Shown: piece by piece, positions 13,950-27,419 of the stretch
Position numbering within the stretch: position 1 is the first letter of the stretch
Layout of the letters: every line of letters starts with the position of its first letter
Assembly (NCBI GenBank): GCA_002269645.1
Contig: NIVC01000401.1
Coordinates: 124,001-188,000, forward strand
Source of the DNA: Macrostomum lignano
Lineage: Eukaryota
Direction: 5' to 3'
Length of the DNA: 64,000 bases
The notes under the pieces: model-generated
The model's database searches: none
The model's input: the letters and a program-made list of their open reading frames with translations, nothing else
What the model was told of the DNA's origin: nothing
Made by a program: the position numbers and the translations under genes

Positions 13950-15032
13950 ATGCACGGAGCGGCCGCCTACCTGCCGCCGTTCTTCATGCCCGGCCGGCCG
14001 TTCTGCCCGCAGTACCAGCTGCCGCACCAGCAACAGCCGGGACCGCAGCACCATCATCTGAGGGGGCTGCCGCTTCAGCCTGCATCTCTCGGCTCGCCGA
14101 TGTCTGCTATGGCCGCGGCAGCGGCTGCCGCTGCGGCTGCCGTGGCTTCCGCGGCCTCAGTAGCCGCCGCCTCCGCCGCCGCTGTACCGCTGACGACGAC
14201 GAAAGGGCCGACGAATCCGCAGCCAGCGCGCCGATCGATCGAGCGGTTGGCCTCGACCTGCAGCGCCGGCAGTGGCGGCGGCAGCCCGGCCAAGCTGAGC
14301 TTCTCTGTCGAGTCGATTCTGTCCGACAGGAGCTGCCGCGGCGGCGGAGTCGAGCATGAGCAGAAGCGCCAGGAGGCGAAGCGTCTTGGCGCGGCCTGGT
14401 GGTCGCTGAACGTGCCGGCGGCGCAGCAGCCTCAGCCGGCTCAGCCACCGCAGGCGCCTCAGCAGAAGCAGCAGCCGGTGCGTCAGAAGCAGCCAAAGCA
14501 GCAGCCGCAGCCGCCCCATGCAGCGGCCGGTCAGCGCCGATGCCGCCGCTGCCAGTGCCCGAACTGCATGGACCCCAGCCTCAAGCTGAAGCCAGGCGAA
14601 CGGCGGGTGCACATCTGCCACTTTGACAACTGCGGCCGAGTCTACGGCAAGACCTCGCATTTGAAGGCGCATCTCCGCTGGCACCGGGGCGACCGGCCGT
14701 TCGTCTGCAGCTGGTTCTACTGCGGCAAGTCGTTCACGCGGTCCGACGAGCTGCAGCGCCACATGCGGACGCACACGGGCGAAAAGCGATTCTCCTGCGG
14801 CCAGTGCGGCAAGCGGTTCATGCGCTCCGACCACCTCAGCAAGCACAGGAAGACTCATGAGCTGTGCGCTGCCGGCGGCCTCGGGGGCGGCCTTCACGCC
14901 GTCAGCGGCGGCGGCGGCGGCGGCGGTGGCGACGTCGTCAAAGTGATCGCCGACTACGATGACGACGAAGACGACTTCGACCAGGAGATTGACGTTGAAT
15001 CTACAGACGATAGCGACGCCTCGATGCACTGA
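13950..15032 (+). CDS. Sp5: Sp5/buttonhead-type Sp/KLF C2H2 zinc-finger transcription factor, 360 aa, single coding exon
   Basis: Buttonhead box CRRCQCPNC, then three Sp-type fingers ([23 protein letters not shown]; [23 protein letters not shown]; [21 protein letters not shown]). [10 protein letters not shown] and [10 protein letters not shown] favour Sp5 over Sp1-4 or Sp6-9. In-frame TAG at 13929 upstream of the ATG. Family is near certain; subgroup assignment is less so. Confidence 0.93.
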   Translation: MHGAAAYLPPFFMPGRPFCPQYQLPHQQQPGPQHHHLRGLPLQPASLGSPMSAMAAAAAAAAAAVASAASVAAASAAAVPLTTTKGPTNPQPARRSIERLASTCSAGSGGGSPAKLSFSVESILSDRSCRGGGVEHEQKRQEAKRLGAAWWSLNVPAAQQPQPAQPPQAPQQKQQPVRQKQPKQQPQPPHAAAGQRRCRRCQCPNCMDPSLKLKPGERRVHICHFDNCGRVYGKTSHLKAHLRWHRGDRPFVCSWFYCGKSFTRSDELQRHMRTHTGEKRFSCGQCGKRFMRSDHLSKHRKTHELCAAGGLGGGLHAVSGGGGGGGGDVVKVIADYDDDEDDFDQEIDVESTDDSDASMH

Positions 15033-15984
15033 CTTGCTGGCTGGATGGCTGACTGACTTGTATATGCATATAATAATTGAAACTGCTTCAATGCATTTCC
15101 TCTTGTGATAAGAAAGCTCTGATTATGTAAATACTGATGCAGTCGTGTAGGGCAGGGGATCTATAAGTCAGCTAATCCCCTATAAATTTTCTTTCAACTA
15201 TGCGCAACTGTTTGAGCCAACATATTTTCCGTACACATGTGCATAAATTGTCTCACTTGCATATCAACCGCATGCTAATATATGCCGATATATGTTGATG
15301 ATGGCTATAAAACATTTTCAAGCTTGAAGTTTTAGCGCGCACTCGCAGCAGATAAGTATTCCGAAATTGTCGTGTTACAACATCCATCGGATAGTGTCGC
15401 ATTTCGCATGTTTTTATGCCCCTGCAGTCATGTAGCACACTGCATGGCTGTATAGAACCCGCATGGCAACCAAAAACAAAGTTATGGCATCGATAGAAAT
15501 ACTTGTTATAAACACGGGGACGGGAGTGTCACCTTTTTATCGTCCTGGGACTGCTGTCTGATGCCTCGTGCCGTAATCAGGGGGAATTCCGAATGCAGTT
15601 TTATCCTGGTAACGGATCTTAGTTACCTATATGGCTGGCTAATTCTGGCGAAGTGAATTGAATCTCTTTCAACTCCTATCTTCCCAAACATATTTAAATT
15701 TGCTATCTTGTAGTATACTGTACTATACTGTACTGTATACTGTATACTGTACTGTACTATACTGTATATGTAGCTGCTGGTAACTTTGCTATTGAAAAAA
15801 TTGGCTTCATTTGTGAATACTGTTCTACGCATGTTATTCGCGGATTATAAAATATATTTGTTATGAATAATTTATATAGAAATACATATAGAAAATGCCA
15901 AAATAGTTTTATTGACTTCCATTGAGAAGAAACTGAAACGCTGGTTGTGCCGTTTTAAAAGGCTCTTTTGATTTCTCAACGCTC

Positions 15985-16095
15985 ATCACAAGGGAATTTC
16001 TCCGTGTGCTCAAGGCTAATCATGGGGAATTTCTCCGGGCGCTCAAGGCTCATCATGGGGAATTTCTCTGGATGCTCAAGGTTTATCATGGGGAA
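15985..16095. repeat. Three degenerate ~34-bp direct repeats (CTCATCATGGGGAATTTCTCC...GCTCAAGG)
   Basis: Read directly. Confidence 0.8.
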
Positions 16096-18010
16096 ATATA
16101 ATACTGTAGTCTGAATTGAAGTACTGCTATCAGAATCCAATTCATGAAATTACGAGGTAATGCAAATAGTATACTCGTCGTAAAAACCATCGTAATAAAA
16201 GTCGGTTAGAAACTTCATCAAAGGATTCTGGGCCTAGTTTGCCCGCATTTTGCTGCTTGACTCGGTGTGACTGCATGGGAGTTAAATTTTAATGACAAAT
16301 CACCTCGCGACACCTCTCCCTTAGCCTCGGCAACAAGTTGTCAAGCAGATCTTCGATTTTTTTAATACCGAAAAGAAATTAGAAAGATTGCTCAACAACT
16401 GACCAAAAGGGGGCTTTAATTTTATTTTTGAGTCGGTTTTCTTGATGTACACAAGTTGAACAGCTCAGGACTAACGACTGATTCTGCTCGGCTAAGCTCT
16501 CGACCTATATATAGTGGCGGGGATACAAAAGGGGATAATTTTCCCCTCCGTCGCAGCCAGAAGAGGAGGAAGCGGCCAGTCAGCAGCTCAGCTGGAAATT
16601 GATGCGCGCAAACCGATCAAGCCGAGGCATGAGCTTTTTGAGTCGGGTTGGCATGCTTGAGCAGATCAAACCGCTACACGCGCCTGCCTGGATGGATGGG
16701 TGGGGATAAAAAACGGTGTGTCGGGGGCGGGGGGGAGGTGCACGGCTGGGATCGCTGACACACGGGAGGCCGGCCTGTATGCCTGAGCACAAGTCAGCTG
16801 CTCAGTTTTGGAAGTCGCCTCCGGTCTACCGGCATCCCCTCACGCCCCGCATTCTCTTTGACGGCTCCGGCCCGCCTTTGCAGCCACCGCCAGACCCCCC
16901 CCCAATCGTGATTGAGCGATCACCGCTCCCTTCCCCTCTCTCTCAATTCGCGTCAAGGAAGTGGTGACAGTAGCCATGCCACCTTTCCTATATAGGGGAC
17001 CACCATCAGAACTATAGACAGGCAAGGTGAGCTCAATACGTATAGGCATTTAAGGTCCAAATCTATACAGTGTGTCTCGTTTAGCTGCTCAGAAATCATG
17101 ATGGATGATATATATATATATATTGAGTATACCCGTAGAGGTAGGTGGAGCTTAACAGCTTAAATAGAGTCAGCCAGTTTGGCGCATGCCCCCCCCCCCC
17201 CCCCCCCTGTTCAGGCTCAGTGACAGGCGCATCCGCTAGCCATAAAGCTGCCTGCAGGCTGCTATATAGCTAAGCCAATATAGCAAAACAACAGGGACAG
17301 GCTGCGTATATGCAGCCCGACAATGCTGCAAAGTATATGTATATATAAAGCTGTTTTTCAGTTCTCAGTTTTTTCTCTAAAAGTTGTCGACGGGACTCTT
17401 TGAGGATACTGCCGCCGCCCCCCCCCCGTCTCTCAATCCACGGCTTTTCTTTTTCTCTCTTTCACTCCGTTGCCGCCGGGGGGTTGGGGTGACTTCACTC
17501 AAAGAAGAGACTCATGCAGACTTGACTGCGACGGTGAGATGACAGAGCATGGCAGGCAGACAGAGCTTATAGGGGGATTATAACTTTTTTGGTATCTAAG
17601 ATATGATTTTTTGCGTTCCGGTTTTTCTGCTGGGCTCAGTAATTTCCCGACAAAGAAAAGTTTCTGACGGATTTCTTTTGAATTCACCCCCCAACCTTCA
17701 TTCTATATCGCTTCTCTGCGGCTTGAAGTCAAGCGCATGAGGCCTGTTTTGCCGTCTTTTGACACCCGCAGCAGCAGCAGCAGCGGTCCCTTTGAAAATG
17801 CAGACGCCATTGTCTCTTCTCGCGAACGGGTGACACTGTGGAGGATTAAAGAAACTCTAACAGAACTCCTGGAAAACAACTGGGGCTAATCCGGTCCAAG
17901 CAGCAATTTTTGGTTGAATAATTTTGAGAATTGAATTCAAATCAAGAAATTCTATTCTGCTTTAGACTGCGGTTTCTAAAAATACAAGTTAAATAAATTT
18001 AGTTTTATTT

Positions 18011-21000
18011 GTCAGTAGATCTAGAGTCAGTAGATCTAGAGTCATTAGATCTAGAGTCAGTAGATCTAGAGTCAGTAGATCTAGAGTCATTAGATCTAGA
18101 GTCAGTAGATCTAGAGTCAGTAGATCTAGAGTCAGTAGATCTAGAGTCAGTAGATCTAGAGTCAGAAGATCTAGAGTCAGTAGATCTAGAGTCATTAGAT
18201 CTAGAGTCAGTAGATCTAGAGTCAGTAGATCTAGAGTCAGTAGATCTAGAGTCAGTAGATCTAGAGTCAGTAGATCTAGAGTCAGTAGATCTAGAGTCAG
18301 TAGATCTAAAGTCAGTAGATCTAGAGTCAGAAGATCTAGAATCAGTAGATCTAGAGTCAGTAGATCTAGAGTCAGTAGATCTAGAGTCAGTAGATCTAGA
18401 ATCAGTAGATCTAGAGTCAGTAGATCTAGAGTCAGTAGATCTAGAGTCAGTAGATCTAGAGTCAGTAGATCTAGAGTCAGTAGATCTAGAGTCAGTAGAT
18501 CTAGAATCAGTAGATCTAGAGTCAGTAGATCTAGAGTCAGTAGATCTAGAGTCAGTAGATCTAGAGTCAGTAGATATAGAGTCATTAGATCTAGAGTCAG
18601 TAGATCTAGAGTCAGTAGATCTAGAGTCAGTAGATCTAGAGTCAGTAGATCTAGAGTCAGTAGATCTAGAGTCAGTAGATCTAGAGTCAGTAGATCTAGA
18701 GTCAGTAGATCTAGAATCAGTAGATCTAGAGTCAGTAGATCTAGAGTCAGTAGATCTAGAGTCAGAAGATCTAGAGTCAGTAGATCTAGAGTCAGTAGAT
18801 CTAGAATCAGTAGATCTAGAGTCAGTAGATCTAGAGTCAGTAGATCTAGAGTCAGTAGATCTAGAGTCAGTAGATCTAGAGTCAGTAGATCTAGAGTCAG
18901 TAGATCTAGAGTCAGTAGATCTAGAGTCAGTAGATCTAGAGTCAGTAGATCTAGAGTCAGTAGATCTAGAGTCAGTAGATATAGAGTCATTAGATCTAGA
19001 GTCAGTAGATCTAGAGTCAGTAGATCTAGAGTCAGTAGATCTAGAGTCAGTAGATCTAGAGTCAGTAGATCTAGAGTCAGTAGATCTAGAGTCATTAGAT
19101 CTAGAGTCAGTAGATCTAGAGTCATTAGATCTAGAGTCATTAGCTCTAGAGTCAGTAGATCTAGAGTCAGTAGATCTAGAGTCAGTAGATCTAGAGTCAG
19201 TAGATCTAGAATCAGTAGATCTAGAGTCAGTAGATCTAGAGTCATTAGATCTAGAGTCAGTAGATCTAGAGTCAGTAGATCTAGAATCAGTAGATCTAGA
19301 GTCAGTAGATATAGAGTCATTAGATCTAGAGTCAGTAGATCTAGAGTCAGTAGATCTAGAGTCAGTAGATCTAGAGTCAGTAGATCTAGAGTCAGTAGAT
19401 CTAGAATCAGTAGATCTAGAATCAGTAGATCTAGAGTCAGTAGATCTAGAGTCAGTAGATCTAGAGTCAGTAGATCTAGAGTCAGTAGATATAGAGTCAT
19501 TAGATCTAGAGTCAGTAGATCTAGAGTCATTAGATCTAGAGTCAGTAGATCTAGAGTCAGTAGATCTAGAGTCAGAAGATCTAGAGTCAGTAGATCTAGA
19601 GTCAGTAGATCTAGAGTCAGTAGATCTAGAGTCAGTAGATCTAGAGTCAGTAGATCTAGAGTCATTAGATCTAGAGTCAGTAGATCTAGAGTCAGTAGAT
19701 CTAGAGTCAGTAGATATAGAGTCATTAGATCTAGAGTCATTAGATCTAGAATCAGTAGATCTAGAATCAGTAGATCTAGAGTCAGTAGATCTAGAGTCAG
19801 TAGATCTAGAATCAGTAGATCTAGAGTCAGTAGATCTAGAATCAGTAGATCTAGAGTCATTAGATCTAGAGTCAGTAGATCTAGAGTCAGTAGATCTAGA
19901 GTCAGTAGATCTAGAGTCAGTAGATCTAGAGTCAGTAGATCTAGAGTCAGTAGATCTAGAATCAGTAGATATAGAGTCAGTAGATCTAGAGTCAGTAGAT
20001 CTAGAGTCAGTAGATCTAGAGTCAGAAGATCTAGAATCAGTAGATCTATAGTCAGTAGATCTAGAGTCAGTAGATCTAGAGTCAGAAGATCTAGAGTCAT
20101 TAGATCTAGAGTCAGTAGATCTAGAGTCAGAAGATCTAGAGTCATTAGATCTAGAGTCAGTAGATCTAGAGTCAGTAGATCTAGAGTCAGTAGATCTAGA
20201 ATCAGTAGATCTAGAGTCAGTAGATCTAGAGTCAGAAGATCTAGAGTCAGTAGATCTAGAGTCAGTAGATCTAGAGTCAGAAGATCTAGAGTCATTAGAT
20301 CTAGAGTCAGTAGATCTAGAGTCAGTAGATCTAGAGTCAGTAGATCTAGAGTCATTAGATCTAGAGTCATTAGATCTAGAGTCAGTAGATCTAGAGTCAG
20401 TAGATCTAGAATCAGTAGATCTAGAGTCAGAAGATCTAGAGTCAGAAGATCTAGAGTCAGTAGATCTAGAGTCAGAAGATCTAGAGTCATTAGATCTAGA
20501 GTCAGTAGATCTAGAGTCAGTAGATCTAGAGTCAGTAGATCTAGAGTCAGTAGATCTAGAGTCAGTAGATCTAGAATCAGTAGATCTAGAGTCAGTAGAT
20601 CTAGAGTCAGTAGATCTAGAGTCAGAAGATCTAGAGTCAGTAGATCTAGAGTCAGTAGATCTAGAATCAGTAGATCTAGAGTCAGTAGATCTAGAGTCAG
20701 TAGATCTAGAGTCAGTAGATCTAGAGTCAGTAGATCTAGAGTCAGTAGATCTAGAGTCAGTAGATCTAGAGTCAGTAGATCTAGAGTCAGTAGATCTAGA
20801 GTCAGTAGATCTAGAGTCAGTAGATCTAGAGTCAGTAGATATAGAGTCATTAGATCTAGAGTCAGTAGATCTAGAGTCAGTAGATCTAGAGTCAGTAGAT
20901 CTAGAGTCAGTAGATCTAGAGTCAGTAGATCTAGAGTCAGTAGATCTAGAGTCATTAGATCTAGAGTCAGTAGATCTAGAGTCATTAGATCTAGAGTCAT

Positions 21001-22217
21001 TAGCTCTAGAGTCAGTAGATCTAGAGTCAGTAGATCTAGAGTCAGTAGATCTAGAGTCAGTAGATCTAGAATCAGTAGATCTAGAGTCAGTAGATCTAGA
21101 GTCATTAGATCTAGAGTCAGTAGATCTAGAGTCAGTAGATCTAGAATCAGTAGATCTAGAGTCAGTAGATATAGAGTCATTAGATCTAGAGTCAGTAGAT
21201 CTAGAGTCAGTAGATCTAGAGTCAGTAGATCTAGAGTCAGTAGATCTAGAGTCAGTAGATCTAGAATCAGTAGATCTAGAATCAGTAGATCTAGAGTCAG
21301 TAGATCTAGAGTCAGTAGATCTAGAGTCAGTAGATCTAGAGTCAGTAGATATAGAGTCATTAGATCTAGAGTCAGTAGATCTAGAGTCATTAGATCTAGA
21401 GTCAGTAGATCTAGAGTCAGTAGATCTAGAGTCAGAAGATCTAGAGTCAGTAGATCTAGAGTCAGTAGATCTAGAGTCAGTAGATCTAGAGTCAGTAGAT
21501 CTAGAGTCAGTAGATCTAGAGTCATTAGATCTAGAGTCAGTAGATCTAGAGTCAGTAGATCTAGAGTCAGTAGATATAGAGTCATTAGATCTAGAGTCAT
21601 TAGATCTAGAATCAGTAGATCTAGAATCAGTAGATCTAGAGTCAGTAGATCTAGAGTCAGTAGATCTAGAGTCAGTAGATCTAGAGTCAGTAGATCTAGA
21701 ATCAGTAGATCTAGAGTCATTAGATCTAGAGTCAGTAGATCTAGAGTCAGTAGATCTAGAGTCAGTAGATCTAGAGTCAGTAGATCTAGAGTCAGTAGAT
21801 CTAGAGTCAGTAGATCTAGAATCAGTAGATATAGAGTCAGTAGATCTAGAGTCAGTAGATCTAGAGTCAGTAGATCTAGAGTCAGAAGATCTAGAATCAG
21901 TAGATCTATAGTCAGTAGATCTAGAGTCAGTAGATCTAGAGTCAGAAGATCTAGAGTCATTAGATCTAGAGTCAGTAGATCTAGAGTCAGAAGATCTAGA
22001 GTCATTAGATCTAGAGTCAGTAGATCTAGAGTCAGTAGATCTAGAGTCAGTAGATCTAGAATCAGTAGATCTAGAGTCAGTAGATCTAGAGTCAGAAGAT
22101 CTAGAGTCAGTAGATCTAGAGTCAGTAGATCTAGAGTCAGAAGATCTAGAGTCATTAGATCTAGAGTCAGTAGATCTAGAGTCAGTAGATCTAGAGTCAG
22201 TAGATCTAGAGTCAGTA
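18011..22217. repeat. 15-bp satellite (TAGATCTAGAGTCAG), about 280 copies, with an internal 1860-bp duplication
   Basis: Unit read directly; rare variants TAGCTCTAGA (19141, 21001) and TAGATCTATA (20041, 21901) recur 1860 bp apart. Confidence 0.97.
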
Positions 22218-22884
22218 TTCAGGAAATATTGGCTTACAAAGGAAAGATGAAGATAAAAAACATAAAAAAATTGGTTATCCAGAATCGCATTGTTTCTGTT
22301 AGTCAAGGCCAGAGCCATTTTTCTGAACGTGTCAATCTAGACAAAGGTCCGAAAAAAGAAGATATGTTTATGGACTGTGTGGAAAATGTATGAAATTGAG
22401 GTGTGGACCTCCGCGAGAGGAGTTGGTGAGGAGGCCACGTGTCCAAACTATATAATAGTAAGTAAACTAAAGAATGACCAAGTTAGATCGTATAATTTGA
22501 GAAAAGAATTCTGGGAATATTTTGAGAAGAAAGCATGCCAGGAAATTGGGAATAATAGATAGTGGGTGATATGCGGGCACAGGATATTCAATTTATGCCA
22601 TTCTGCATGCCATGAAGCTCCTTATAAAAGCTATGTGGGTCAATCTTGACTGACCCAGCGATTCGGTCAATAGAAACCCGCGATATGACTGCTTCTGTAT
22701 GACGCTGACTTATGCAATAAATTATCAATTTTCATTCACTTTTATATGAAGAGATTGTAACAGAAGCATTTGGGATTATTGGGAAGTGAGCGGCTGTGCA
22801 GGGGATTATTAAATAAGACTTGCCGGATTAACTTAATGTTTACTGAGCACAATGCTACCTTTGGTAGATCAGCTCTTCTGTTGC

Positions 22885-25000
22885 TGGGGTCCTCTGCTGC
22901 TATACTCAGGTCCTCTGCTGCTATACTCAGGTCCTTTGGTGGTCCTCTGCTGCTATACTCAGGTCCTTTGGTGGTCCTCTGCAAGCTACTATACCCTGGT
23001 CCTTTGGTGGTCCTCTGCAAGCTACTATACCCTGGTAATTTGGTGGTCCTCTGCAAGCTACTATACCCTGGTAATTTGGTGGTCCTCTGCAAGCTACTAT
23101 ACCCTGGTCCTTTGGTGGTCCTCTGCAAGCTACTATACCCTGGTCCTTTGGTGGTCCTCTGCAAGCTACTACACCCTGGTCCTTTGGTGGTCCTCTGCAA
23201 GCTACTATACCCTGGTCCTTTGGTGGTCCTCTGCAAGCTACTATACCCAGGTAATTTGGTGGTCCTCTGCAAGCTACTATACCCTGGTCCTTTGGTGGTC
23301 CTCTGCAAGCTACTATACCCTGGTCCTTTGGTGGTCCTCTGCAAGCTACTACACCCTGGTCCTTTGGTGGTCCTCTACAAGCTACTATACCCTGGTCCTT
23401 TGGTGGTCCTCTACAAGCTACTATACCCTGGTTCTTTGGTGGTCCTCTACAAGCTACTATACCCTGGTCCTTTGGTGGTCCTCTACAAGCTACTATACCC
23501 TGGTCCTTTGGTGGTCCTCTACAAGCTACTATACCCTGGTCCTTTGGTGGTCCTCTACAGGCTACTATACCCTGGTCCTTTGGTGGTCCTCTACAAGCTA
23601 CTATACCCTGGTCCTTTGGTGGTCCTCTACAAGCTACTATACCCTGGTCCTTTGGTGGTCCTCTACAAGCTACTATACCCTGGTCCTTTGGTGGTCCTCT
23701 GCAAGCTACTATACCCAGGTAATTTGGTGGTCCTCTGCAAGCTACTATACCCTGGTCCTTTGGTGGTCCTCTGCAAGCTACTATACCCTGGTCCTTTGGT
23801 GGTCCTCAGCAAGCTACTATACCCTGGTAATTTGGTGGTCCTCTGCAAGCTACTATACCCAGGTAATTTGGTGGTCCTCTGCAAGCTACTATACCCAGGT
23901 AATTTGGTGGTCCTCTGCAAGCTACTATACCCTGGTCCTTTGGTGGTCCTCTGCAAGCTACTATACCCTGGTCCTTTGGTGGTCCTCTGCAAGCTACTAT
24001 ACCCAGGTAATTTGGTGGTCCTCTGCAAGCTACTATACCCTGGTCCTTTGGTGGTCCTCTGCAAGCTACTATACCCTGGTCCTTTGGTGGTCCTCTGCAA
24101 GCTACTATACCCAGGTAATTTGGTGGTCCTCTGCAAGCTACTATACCCTGGTCCTTTGGTGGTCCTCTACAAGCTACTATACCCTGGTTCTTTGGTGGTC
24201 CTCTACAAGCTACTATACCCTGGTCCTTTGGTGGTCCTCTACAAGCTACTATACCCTGGTCCTTTGGTGGTCCTCTACAAGCTACTATACCCTGGTCCTT
24301 TGGTGGTCCTCTACAGGCTACTATACCCTGGTCCTTTGGTGGTCCTCTACAAGCTACTATACCCTGGTCCTTTGGTGGTCCTCTACAAGCTACTATACCC
24401 TGGTCCTTTGGTGGTCCTCTGCAAGCTACTATACCCAGGTAATTTGGTGGTCCTCTGCAAGCTACTATACCCAGGTAATTTGGTGGTCCTCTGCAAGCTA
24501 CTATACCCTGGTCCTTTGGTGGTCCTCTGCAAGCTACTATACCCTGGTCCTTTGGTGGTCCTCAGCAAGCTACTATACCCTGGTAATTTGGTGGTCCTCT
24601 GCAAGCTACTATACCCAGGTAATTTGGTGGTCCTCTGCAAGCTACTATACCCAGGTAATTTGGTGGTCCTCTGCAAGCTACTATACCCTGGTTCTTTGGT
24701 GGTCCTCTGCAAGCTACTATACCCTGGTCCTTTGGTGGTCCTCTGCAAGCTACTATACCCAGGTAATTTGGTGGTCCTCTGCAAGCTACTATACCCAGGT
24801 AATTTGGTGGTCCTCTGCAAGCTACTATACCCAGGTCCTTTGGTGGTCCTCTGCAAGCTACTATACCCTGGTCCTTTGGTGGTCCTCTGCAAGCTACTAT
24901 ACCCAGGTAATTTGGTGGTCCTCTGCAAGCTACTATACCCTGGTCCTTTGGTGGTCCTCTGCAAGCTACTATACCCTGGTCTTTTGGTGGTCCTCTGAAT
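22885..25000. repeat. 36-bp minisatellite (GGTCCTTTGGTGGTCCTCTGCAAGCTACTATACCCT), about 57 copies
   Basis: Unit read directly; rare variants recur at 756-bp spacing. Confidence 0.97.
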
Positions 25001-25619
25001 ACTACTAAATCCAGGTCACTGGATAATCTTCTGCTCTTTAAGTCGATCTCAATGCACAAATACGACTATACGATATGCTGCAATAAATTTTGGGCTTAAC
25101 AAAAAATCTAGTAAAGGTGCATTCTCCAGAAACTATTATCATGCTTGTAGTTAAAAGACGGAACAATGAGTTCCATACGCGGGGGGGTTGAGATCTGAGA
25201 CAAGGATTAACCGTCCCAATGGCTCGTAGGAAATTTTACCGACGGGAATTGAACGGCGGGATTCGTTATGAGTTCGTCTCTGAATTCCCACCCCAACCCC
25301 GGTAGCCGCGGCCGGACCCCAAACTCAAAGTGATCTCCTCACTCTCCTCCTCATACCTTCGGGATTTTGGTTTGCCACAGGGGCCTCCGCGTGTTCTTTG
25401 AAGTGCGCGCCGCTTTGCAGCTCTTTTTGTGACGGCGGCTGCCGACTGGTCTCCAGGTGGGGGACCGATCTGGACAAGGCGCTGCTGGGGGGGGGGAGGA
25501 TTTGACAAGCCGCGGTAATAACTGCATGGGATCACTGCGCAGCGGAGGGAGAAGGGAGATCAGGAGAAGGCGCTGTAAAATAGAAATTTGTGCCTGGCGA
25601 TTATGGGATTCTTTTGTGA

Positions 25620-25825
25620 GGGAATCAGCTGGTGTTAGATAGATCTGCAAACTGAAGCAGTGGGTGTTAGATAGATCTGCAAACTGAAGCAGTGGGTGTT
25701 AGATAGATCTGCAAACTGAAGCAGTGGGTGTAAGATAAATCTACAAATTGAAGCAGTAGGTGTTAGATAGATCTGCAAACTGAAGCAAAAAGTGTTACAT
25801 AGATCTGCAAACTGAAGCAGCGGTT
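25620..25825. repeat. 32-bp tandem repeat (TTAGATAGATCTGCAAACTGAAGCAGTGGGTG), about 6 copies
   Basis: AGATCTGC at 25641 and 25673 gives period 32. Confidence 0.9.
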
Positions 25826-25864
25826 GACTTGGAACAGAAAATAGGTCACTTAGCTAGTGACTAG

Positions 25865-26160
25865 GTTGGCAAACGGAAGTCACTGAATGAGCAGGATGGG
25901 AAACGGAAGTCACTGAATGACCAGGATGGGAAACGGAAGTCACTGAATGATCAGGATGGGAAACGGAAGTCACTGAATGACCAGGATGGGAAACGGAAGT
26001 CACTGAATGATCAGGATGGGAAACGGAAGTCACTGAATGACCAGGATGGGAAACGGAAGTCACTGAATGAGCAGGATGGGAAACGGAAGTCACCGAATGA
26101 GCAGGATGGGAAACGGAAGTCACTGAATGATCAGGATGGGAAACGGAAGCCACTGAAAGA
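25865..26160. repeat. 30-bp tandem repeat (GGATGGGAAACGGAAGTCACTGAATGAGCA), 10 copies
   Basis: AAACGGAAG every 30 bp from 25871 to 26141. Confidence 0.95.
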
Positions 26161-26599
26161 CAGTTGTGACTAAACGAAATTCTAAATGGGCTGATCGATC
26201 CCCATTAAGAATAGAAATAGAGAAGTTGCCAAAACTCAAACTGAAAAAACTTTGCTACCACACAGAACAGTGCCAATTATTTCTGAATGCCAAAGCACAG
26301 TTTGAGAAGCCTCCCCTACCCTCCACCCTCGAGAATTTGAGCAGCAGAATAGGGATCGCTCTAATGTCAGACAGAAAAGCTGACAGGAATGAAGGCGGGC
26401 TGGGGGGGGCGGCGCACCGCTATGAAAAGAAGAACAATAAAGGCTGACCGCCACTTGGCCGGCTAAGCCAATATAGCTCATATCCATAGCGGGACTGCTC
26501 AGACCCGCTGCCCCCCCCCCCCCTACTCATAATGCATAGACAGACACCGACACGCCCCATCCACCCCGACGGCATGGGCGGAGAAAAGAATAAAGAAAG

Positions 26600-26640
<41 letters not shown>

Positions 26641-27419
26641 ATTTGCATTGAAACCTCTGCCATCGCGCCGCCCAATATCCCACACACACACACACACACC
26701 AGGGCTATCGCTATAATATAAGCCGTCCGCATAGCTGTGGCGGCACGCGCTGTCAAACACACACCCACACACACAGGGCGGTACGCGGCGCGGGTAAAAG
26801 AGTGCCGCCGCGGAGGTGGCGCGGCAGGTCCGCAGGGGGGGGACACGGAGAGAATGAAAATGCATAGCGTGGGTAGGCGCATTGAGGTGCAGTGAGACAC
26901 ACACACACACACACTGAGAGCTAGAAGAGCCTGTCAAGTGAGCTGGGGGTGGAGGGCAGTGGGGAGGGGTTTGATTGAACTGAAAGCGGCTTCCGTACCG
27001 ACATCAATCAGGACACCGCGGAAGGGCGGGGTGGAGTCGGGCCGCCGGAGAGGGTGGGGGGTTGACGAGAGGCTAACTGCCTGCTGCGGTGGGGCCGCCG
27101 TGAGACAGGCGAGTAAGGCTCAACTCAGGAGTAAAGCTGATTTGTGCATTGTGCGAAAGATGACCCCTTATTGCTGTATAGGCTATGAAGCCAATGCATG
27201 GTTTTGATTTTCATCCATAGTTTCCGTCAATGTCTTTCTCATGTCTCTCTCTCTCTCTTATTCACTGCTCTCATGCTGGGGTTATTTTTGTTCATCTACA
27301 GCTAGGCATGCATCTGCTAGCACTGAGAGAACAAAGGTGCCGCGCTTTGTCTATTGACAGATGCCAATGCAGTGACATATACTCGTATACAGGGGCCTGA
27401 GCGTGCCTGGAGGTTCTTC

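Noticed and set aside
14075-15029. 290-aa and 129-aa antisense ORFs over Sp5
   Set aside because: Expected shadow ORFs of a GC-rich coding strand.
17989-22318. Very long ORFs (1388, 1437 and 680 aa)
   Set aside because: Translations of the 15-bp satellite; a unit length divisible by 3 keeps frames open. No domain content or splice context.
22742-25059. 742-aa and 718-aa ORFs with 12-aa repeats
   Set aside because: Products of the 36-bp minisatellite, open in several frames and on both strands.
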